From Candidatus Kaiserbacteria bacterium RIFCSPHIGHO2_01_FULL_55_37 (GTDB lineage: Bacteria > Patescibacteriota > Minisyncoccia > Phycocordibacterales > UBA2100), in contig MFKY01000048.1 in the NCBI GenBank assembly GCA_001781175.1, positions 1-58,477 on the forward strand: a DNA stretch of 58,477 bases. The letters run 5' to 3'. The first letter of the stretch is position 1, and each line of letters begins with the position of its first letter. Positions 52,806 through 58,477 of the stretch are shown here, piece by piece. The notes beneath the pieces are model-generated. The model saw only the letters and a list, made by a program, of their open reading frames with translations, had not been told where the DNA came from and made no database searches. A program made the position numbers and the translations under genes.

Positions 52806-54011
52806 TCACTCCCACTTCTTCACCCCTTGGAGTACACCCCAGATAGCGGGGTCCTGTCCGCCGTCGAGTTTGAAGATGGAAATGCCGCGCACACCGAGCT
52901 TTTTAGCCAGGTCTATTTTCTGCTGCAGCGATTGCGCGTCCGGCCAGTCGACGAGACGGAAGTCAAGATGCGAATTATACGTATCGGCGTATGCCGTTGC
53001 GGCAAGCATTGCGAGCGCCGCCGACGTCGGGCCGAGCGAAACCGGCGTCGTACTCGTCGGAGCGTCGGCAGTATAGGTGAAGTACATTTCCCCCGCGCTG
53101 TTACGCTGCGGTGTAATGCCGTATTGCGCTGCGGTCGTTGAGGCGTATCCCGGGTTGAACGGCCACAGTAGCTTATAGATGTATTCTTTGCCCGCGTACG
53201 CGGTAACGGAATATTCGTAACCGTACGTTGGCACGCCTATCAGTATTTTGTTCTTGGAAATATCCTTCATCGCGAGCCGGATTGTCTTCTCCACCCACGC
53301 GGGATCGGCGACCGGCGCATAGAGCTGCGAAGAAGACGCCGCCGTGGCGGCAAGCTTCTGATCAATACCCTGCTGGTCGTACGCCATGATGCGCACCCTG
53401 TCGCAGTATTTATTTATCTGTTTCAGGTCATTCGCGTACAGACCGGCATCTTTCGGCGGCTTCGTGCCGTAGTATCTGTCGGCAAGCGGCGTGCGGGATT
53501 CGATGGTACACATGAGCATGGAACTTTTCGGCAAGCGCAGTACAAGTCCGCGGAGGAACGTCGAGAAGTAGTCTTTGTCCTTCGCGTACTTGCCCTCGAA
53601 ATCGATATCAATGCCGTCAAAGTTATTATCTTTCACGAGCTTCACGATGCGGTCTTCGAGCGCGATGCGGGCCTTTGTGTTGCTTAGTATCGCGTGGAGT
53701 GCCCCGCCGCTGCCGGACATGACGGTCGGAATAACGCGGACTTTTTTCTGTTTCGCCGCGGCGATGAACGAGAGCCACGGCTCGGCATCCAAGCCGCCGT
53801 TGTCGCGCAGGGTGCCGTCGGCCCGGATGGTATAGACGAACGGGTTTACTTCAGTAATCACATCAAGGTGCGGCAAGGTGTCGACGATACCGGTCGCGCT
53901 GCGCCAGTACGGAATCCATCCGGTAACCTCAAATTTCGTCGCTGTGGCGGCAGAGGCTGAGAGCGGAAGGACGAAAAAAAGCGCACAAAAAATAACCAAG
54001 GGATACCTCAT
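52806..54011 (-). CDS. Secreted glycoside hydrolase family 18 (chitinase/spore-lytic-like)
   Basis: Signal peptide plus FDGIDIDFEG (DxxDxDxE). Confidence 0.85.
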   Translation of the reverse strand: MRYPLVIFCALFFVLPLSASAATATKFEVTGWIPYWRSATGIVDTLPHLDVITEVNPFVYTIRADGTLRDNGGLDAEPWLSFIAAAKQKKVRVIPTVMSGSGGALHAILSNTKARIALEDRIVKLVKDNNFDGIDIDFEGKYAKDKDYFSTFLRGLVLRLPKSSMLMCTIESRTPLADRYYGTKPPKDAGLYANDLKQINKYCDRVRIMAYDQQGIDQKLAATAASSSQLYAPVADPAWVEKTIRLAMKDISKNKILIGVPTYGYEYSVTAYAGKEYIYKLLWPFNPGYASTTAAQYGITPQRNSAGEMYFTYTADAPTSTTPVSLGPTSAALAMLAATAYADTYNSHLDFRLVDWPDAQSLQQKIDLAKKLGVRGISIFKLDGGQDPAIWGVLQGVKKWE

Positions 54012-54012
54012 A

Positions 54013-54146
54013 CCCGGCTAGTACAATTTGGCATAGTTTCTGCCGCAGTTAATCCTATCAAAGTAAGATGTTCCAAAAGCATAATCTTATATTCGATTTC
54101 CTCAATCAAGACAACAACAAAGGCAATGCCAAATTGTCCTGCCGGG
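54013..54146 (-). promoter_or_regulatory. Long-range inverted repeat in the GH18 leader that abuts the start codon
   Basis: CCCGGCTAGTACAATTTGGCAT (54013-54034) pairs with ATGCCAAATTGTCCTGCCGGG (54126-54146) as 12 + 6 bp around a small internal loop. The 3' arm ends 1 nt before the ATG. Confidence 0.5.
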
Positions 54147-54201
54147 CATGTTCATCATGACGTATCAGTATAGCAATTCTTGCACAAAAAGATGCGCTCT
54201 A

Positions 54202-54567
54202 TTACTTGACCACGATAGTCGCAGAGAAATCTTTGTCAGTAAGCATGCATGTGCCCGGCGTCTTTGCTTCGAACGAGGCGACGTATGCCGGCGGCTCCGA
54301 ATCCGTGTATTGCCGGAGTTCTATTACCCCCTCCGGCGCGCAGCGCAGGCCGGTTTTTGGGTTATTGTTCTCGTCTAAAAAAATGCCGAAGCGGGCACCG
54401 ACGTTATACGCAAACGTCTTTCCCGAATCACTTTCGTGGAGCGAAAGCGGACATGCGCCGAGCACGCACGGTGTTTCGGCCGGCGAAAGGCTGTTGAGGC
54501 GATACGCTCCGAAGAGAAGGCCCGTGAGCAACACGCCCGGCACAAGGATGAGCAGCGATGTCCGCAT
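54202..54567 (-). CDS. Small secreted protein, possibly chagasin/I42-like inhibitor
   Basis: Signal/anchor LLILVPGVLLTGLLFGAY, then FLDENNNPKTGLRC, which resembles the NPTTG motif. Confidence 0.5.
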   Translation of the reverse strand: MRTSLLILVPGVLLTGLLFGAYRLNSLSPAETPCVLGACPLSLHESDSGKTFAYNVGARFGIFLDENNNPKTGLRCAPEGVIELRQYTDSEPPAYVASFEAKTPGTCMLTDKDFSATIVVK

Positions 54568-54580
54568 CCGTCCATTTTAT

Positions 54581-54732
54581 CACCCCGTCAGTGAAGTTTG
54601 CCTTAGGCGGACCGAGTTTCTCGTCTGTGCAAAGACAAAACTCTGGTACAGTTTCGGACGACAGCTTTCTTGTCTCGCCGCGGCAGGACGGCATGCCGCC
54701 TGCCGCAAAGGCAAACTCTACTGCGGGGCAGG
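54581..54732 (-). repeat. Long-form family-B element (arms split by ~107 nt)
   Basis: On the minus strand, CCTGCCCCGCAGTAGAGTTTGCC starts right after the sanA stop. Its partner GGCAAACTTCACTGACGGGGTG ends 13 nt before the next ATG. The arm sequences match the DHOD hairpin arms. Confidence 0.7.
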
Positions 54733-55386
54733 TCAATACCACGTCTCTTCACCGTTGCCCGATAGAGGAATAGTGGGGCCGAGATATTTCGGTTGACGAC
54801 CCGTGACGACGTCGAAAATCGCTTTGAACGACGCGGGTATCTCGCGCACATAATTATACGGAGAATGTTCTCTGCCCGGTGCGACAACGCCATACGCTTC
54901 GAGTCCGAGATCTCGCGCTATCCATAAGGCGCGGGGCAAATGAAAATCTTGTGTGACGATGGTGAGCGAACGCACCAGGAAAACATCGCGCGCGCGGTAC
55001 ATGCTGCTGTACGTGTCGAAGCCTGCGTGGTCGAGAAATATGTCCCGTGACGGGATTCCCGCACCCAGGAGATACTTGCGCACGGGGGTCACCTCGTCGT
55101 AGGAAAGCGCACCGTTATCCCCCGTCACAAGGATTTTAGAGACCCTATTCGCTTTGTAGAGTGCAATCGCTACATCAGCCCGCTCCGCAAGTATCGGCGA
55201 AGGACTGCCGCGGTACACCGACGCGCCCAGGACGAGCGCAACATCGGTGCGCGGCACCTCTTCGACGGATGAAGCGACAAAAGGTTCGACGTTAAAACGT
55301 ATCGCGATAGGCACTATCATCACGAGCGCAAGCAGCGCGAGTGTTGCTACGGCTCCGATTCCATAGAAACGGCGTAGGGAACGCAT
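54733..55386 (-). CDS. sanA: SanA/YdcF (DUF218) family protein
   Basis: TM anchor, VALVLGASVY, and ILVTGDNG...YDEV...FLDHAGFDTYSS. Confidence 0.8.
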   Translation of the reverse strand: MRSLRRFYGIGAVATLALLALVMIVPIAIRFNVEPFVASSVEEVPRTDVALVLGASVYRGSPSPILAERADVAIALYKANRVSKILVTGDNGALSYDEVTPVRKYLLGAGIPSRDIFLDHAGFDTYSSMYRARDVFLVRSLTIVTQDFHLPRALWIARDLGLEAYGVVAPGREHSPYNYVREIPASFKAIFDVVTGRQPKYLGPTIPLSGNGEETWY

Positions 55387-55426
55387 AGGGGCATAGTATG
55401 CCCGCTTTCAGCTGTGTTGGCGAGTA

Positions 55427-57247
55427 TTACTGGATGACCTGGAACTGCAGCGTCTGGCTCGTCCCTTGGCTGTTGGTGACGTAGACCGGATATGAACCCG
55501 GAGTGACCGACTGGGTCGCTTGCGCGCAGAAGGTGCCGTACGTCACGACATCGCACGGTGAGACCGAGTACGGAATAGTGTAGTAGATGGTCGTCCCGTT
55601 CTGAGATGGGACGTGCATCACGCCGCCCATCCCGAAGTGTACGGTGTTATCGAGCGCACTGAAGCTACTGCCCTGCAACACCACTTGCGTTCCGACGCGG
55701 CCCACGGCCGGCGAGAGGTACGAGAGCGAAATATTTCCGTACGTACCCGAACCGACGAGGACGGTCGCGCTCGCGGTGTTCTGTTGCCCCTGGTTGTTGC
55801 TGACCGTAAAGACGACGTTGTACGTACCCGGTGTGTTGTACGTGTGTGTGAACGTAAGTGTGTTCGTGCCCGAGTAGCTTGTCTGCGGCGCTGAAGCGTA
55901 GTTCGAGTACGTGCCTTCATCACCCCAGCGTACCGACGTCGTCATGTAGGTATTGTTCTGATTGTTGACCGTTATCGTCCAGGTGCCGACAGTGCCCGTC
56001 GGAAGAGTTGTCGGACCGTTCACACTCGTGATCGTCGGCGCTCCATACGAGCCGGTCGACGTCACTGAGAAGGGCACGCTGTTGCTCGTGAAGCCGGCGA
56101 AATTCGAGACCGACACGTTGTACGTACCGACTGTCACGAACTGCGAGTTGCCGCCCGAAAGTTGCGATGGTACGGTGAATGAGAGAGTGCGGCCGTCGTA
56201 CGAACTGACGCCCGTGATGACGCCGCCGCCGAAACGCACGGTATTCCCCGTCGGGCTGAATCCGTATCCGTTTACCGTGACCACGGTGCCGACCGTGCCC
56301 GAATTCGGAGCAAGACTCATGATGAACGGAGCGTTCCGGTTCGGCGGGCAGTACGTCGAGTTGTACATGCTGTAGTTGTACTGTGTCCCGCCGTAGCCTT
56401 GTGCGTAGGGGGACGGGTAGTCACACGCGGAGTAGCTCGCGATGATGTTGAACGTGAGCGTGTTGCTCGTGCCGCGCGAATTGGTGACGTAGATACCGAC
56501 GCCGCCCGGATTGATGCCCGTCGGAATAGTGACGTTAAGCGACGTACCGTTGCTCGAGGCAACATTTGCGACCGGTTGGCTACCGAAGTAGACGGTGTTG
56601 TTGTAGTAGTCGAGATTCGTTCCGTAGATAGTGATGTTCGTCCCACGCTCGCCGGAAACCGGTGTGATGGAGGTCAGCGACACGCCGTAGTTGTAGGGAG
56701 TATACGGGTTATATGAATTGTAAGGATTGTAAGGATTGTAGTTACTGTACGGATTGTAGGTGCTGTTCGGATTATACGTGTTATTGCAGGTGTACGGATA
56801 GGTGTAGTAACAGTTTATACTGTTGGAATTCGTGTAGTCGTAGAACGTAGGTGCCGTGTATGTGGACGGAGCTGTGTAGGCGAAGTTGAATCCCGTGCCG
56901 CCGCACGTTACGCGTACGATAGCTGCGCGCGTCGCAGCGTCGGCGACACCCGTGACCGGAAGGTTCTGTTCGGTTTGGAAATTGCGGAGAGCCGTCAGTG
57001 TACCGGTACGAAACGTACTGGTTATCATCCATGTGCCGCCTCCACGGTAATTGCGACTGACGAGGAACGTCTGAAGCTCCCTGACTTGGCTCCCGGTCGA
57101 GTTGAATGAGAGGTCGGTGCTGAGATTTACGCACGGACCATAGTACGCAGGAGCGGAATTGATAGGAGCGAGATAGGTCTGGGCCGAGGCGATATTGGCC
57201 CCAAGCGCCACGACGGCCACAAGCGAGGAAACGAGTATTTTGTTCAT
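55427..57247 (-). CDS. Secreted protein: PG_binding_1 domain + NPY low-complexity linker + IPT/TIG repeats + PKD-like domain
   Basis: GSQVRELQTFLV...FRTGTLTALRNFQTEQNLPVTG, then NPYSNYNPYNPYNSYNPYTPYNY. Three units of the form SP.SG..GT.V...G..F....NTV.FG, and HTYNTPGTYNVVFTV. Confidence 0.8.
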   Translation of the reverse strand: MNKILVSSLVAVVALGANIASAQTYLAPINSAPAYYGPCVNLSTDLSFNSTGSQVRELQTFLVSRNYRGGGTWMITSTFRTGTLTALRNFQTEQNLPVTGVADAATRAAIVRVTCGGTGFNFAYTAPSTYTAPTFYDYTNSNSINCYYTYPYTCNNTYNPNSTYNPYSNYNPYNPYNSYNPYTPYNYGVSLTSITPVSGERGTNITIYGTNLDYYNNTVYFGSQPVANVASSNGTSLNVTIPTGINPGGVGIYVTNSRGTSNTLTFNIIASYSACDYPSPYAQGYGGTQYNYSMYNSTYCPPNRNAPFIMSLAPNSGTVGTVVTVNGYGFSPTGNTVRFGGGVITGVSSYDGRTLSFTVPSQLSGGNSQFVTVGTYNVSVSNFAGFTSNSVPFSVTSTGSYGAPTITSVNGPTTLPTGTVGTWTITVNNQNNTYMTTSVRWGDEGTYSNYASAPQTSYSGTNTLTFTHTYNTPGTYNVVFTVSNNQGQQNTASATVLVGSGTYGNISLSYLSPAVGRVGTQVVLQGSSFSALDNTVHFGMGGVMHVPSQNGTTIYYTIPYSVSPCDVVTYGTFCAQATQSVTPGSYPVYVTNSQGTSQTLQFQVIQ

Positions 57248-57329
57248 AAATAGATAAAATATGGCTTAAAACCTTAATAAGTGACCGAAATCACCTTCTG
57301 ACGCCACCACTATGCAACAAGTTAGATTT

Positions 57330-58229
57330 TTATGCAAGCGGGGTCGTCTTTTCACGGGAAAAACCAATTTGGTCCGTCAAAAGCAATACTCCGAACACGA
57401 GCGGAGCGAGCGAGGCAAGCTGCCAGACACTTGGTGTTTGAGAGAGGATAATCCACGCGAAAAGCAACGTGACAAATGGACCAAAGCTCTGCAACGCAGT
57501 CCCTTTAGGTACCGACATGCGATGAATCGCCTCTATCCAAAAAATCTTTGACAGACCCAGCAGAAAAACACCGTTTATTATAAGGAGGAGTAGCGCAGGA
57601 CGAATATCCGCGGTGATATCGACGTGCACTACGTACGCAAGCCCTACGATGAACGGTATTGAGATGAGGCTGCGCAAAAACATTATCATTTCACTCGACG
57701 CAATCAGGCGCGCTTTCTGCTGAAAATAATTTCCGACGGGAGTGAACAGTGTTCCAGCAAGTACAAGCAGGTCGCCACTATTAAACCCGTTGAAATTAGG
57801 TGCAAGTATCACAAGGGCTCCGAGTACCATCAGCACGGAACCAAGGACATGCTGAAGGGAGATGTCACTGGAGCGCAACAATCTGAAAAACACGAACGCT
57901 GTAAAAACTTCAAATAGTACGATTATCGCCGCGTTTCCTGGCGTAGTCTTTTCTAGCCCAAGGAAGTAAAAACCGTAGAAGAGTACGCCTATGGAAATGG
58001 CTATGTAGAGAGAGTACCTCCACAAAACAAGGTTCTTTATCTCAGACCATCTTCGCTGATATGTAAGCATAATCGCGAAAAAAACGGTCGCGAAAACAGT
58101 ACTCCATAAAAACGAAATGGCGGCGGGGACTCCCGCGTATGAGAGAGCAGTAACAACTGGGAAGAGTCCCCAGATGAGAATGCCGGAGAATAGGTATAAC
58201 TCACCCTTTCGTGTCTCCGATAGGGCCAT
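57330..58229 (-). CDS. EamA/DMT-family transporter
   Basis: Ten predicted TM helices in a two-EamA-repeat layout. Confidence 0.85.
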   Translation of the reverse strand: MALSETRKGELYLFSGILIWGLFPVVTALSYAGVPAAISFLWSTVFATVFFAIMLTYQRRWSEIKNLVLWRYSLYIAISIGVLFYGFYFLGLEKTTPGNAAIIVLFEVFTAFVFFRLLRSSDISLQHVLGSVLMVLGALVILAPNFNGFNSGDLLVLAGTLFTPVGNYFQQKARLIASSEMIMFLRSLISIPFIVGLAYVVHVDITADIRPALLLLIINGVFLLGLSKIFWIEAIHRMSVPKGTALQSFGPFVTLLFAWIILSQTPSVWQLASLAPLVFGVLLLTDQIGFSREKTTPLA

Positions 58230-58249
58230 CGGGTGATTATACCAACGGG

Positions 58250-58477
58250 TTAGCGGGAAAAGCGGCGCGGGCCACGTGACGGTCCGCGGGACGGCGTTCG
58301 TGAATGCGTAGCGCGGCGTGGGCGGCTGCCGAATCCGGAGCCACCTCTCGGCGTGTAGCCCCCCGGCTGTGGACGGCTGAATCTGCGCGGGCGGTCGTCG
58401 TTTACGTATGGCTGCGCTGCGCGGGCTGGCGGGAGCGCGGGCAGTACGGAAATGGGAACGGTCTTGCGGATGAGATT
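58250..58477 (-). CDS. 3' fragment of a gene running off the window; Arg/Gly/Pro-rich basic tail (possibly an RNA helicase or RNA-binding protein C-terminus)
   Basis: The frame is open from the window edge to TAA: ...RPRRFSRPQPGGYTPRGGSGFGSRPRRATHSRTPSRGPSRGPRRFSR*. Confidence 0.35.
   Translation of the reverse strand, partial: NLIRKTVPISVLPALPPARAAQPYVNDDRPRRFSRPQPGGYTPRGGSGFGSRPRRATHSRTPSRGPSRGPRRFSR

Overview
This 58.5-kb bacterial chromosomal window is gene-dense, mostly minus-strand and moderately GC-rich. I found no rRNA, tRNA, CRISPR array, transposase or integrase. The content suggests a reduced Patescibacteria/CPR-like genome, but that is inference only: groES-groEL, secG, RNase J, a short MetK behind a SAM-I riboswitch, GlmS, TypA, MsrB, Maf, YvcK, Nth, a MutY-like glycosylase, RluA-type pseudouridine synthase, many small membrane or DUF proteins, and several secreted wall-active proteins. 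The left 14 kb is an envelope island. It holds two giant secreted proteins (1334 aa with an OmpA-like C-terminus; about 2140 aa, highly repetitive) that share an N-terminal six-Cys module and flank DUF2207, a SleB-like hydrolase and LemA. The most unusual signal is a repeated 3'-end architecture at three housekeeping genes (rnj, metK, a DHOD-like gene). In each case the stop codon is followed by a GC-rich hairpin and then a second, synonymously recoded 'ghost' copy of the last 10-16 codons. Two of the three hairpins belong to a CCCCG...CGGGG family that also occurs in long form (arms split by about 40-110 nt) in the 5' leaders of glmS, a small secreted-protein gene and the SleB-like gene; the metK hairpin only loosely resembles it. 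Other observations: a Mur-ligase / hydrolase / DegT-FemAB-fusion operon; an XRE regulator interrupted by one in-frame TGA inside a compositionally odd islet; a 41-nt heptamer-repeat element present at both groES-groEL and metK; and twin 32-bp palindromes bracketing a PaaX/Cas2-fold regulator gene. All functional calls rest on motif recognition by eye. No database search was run.
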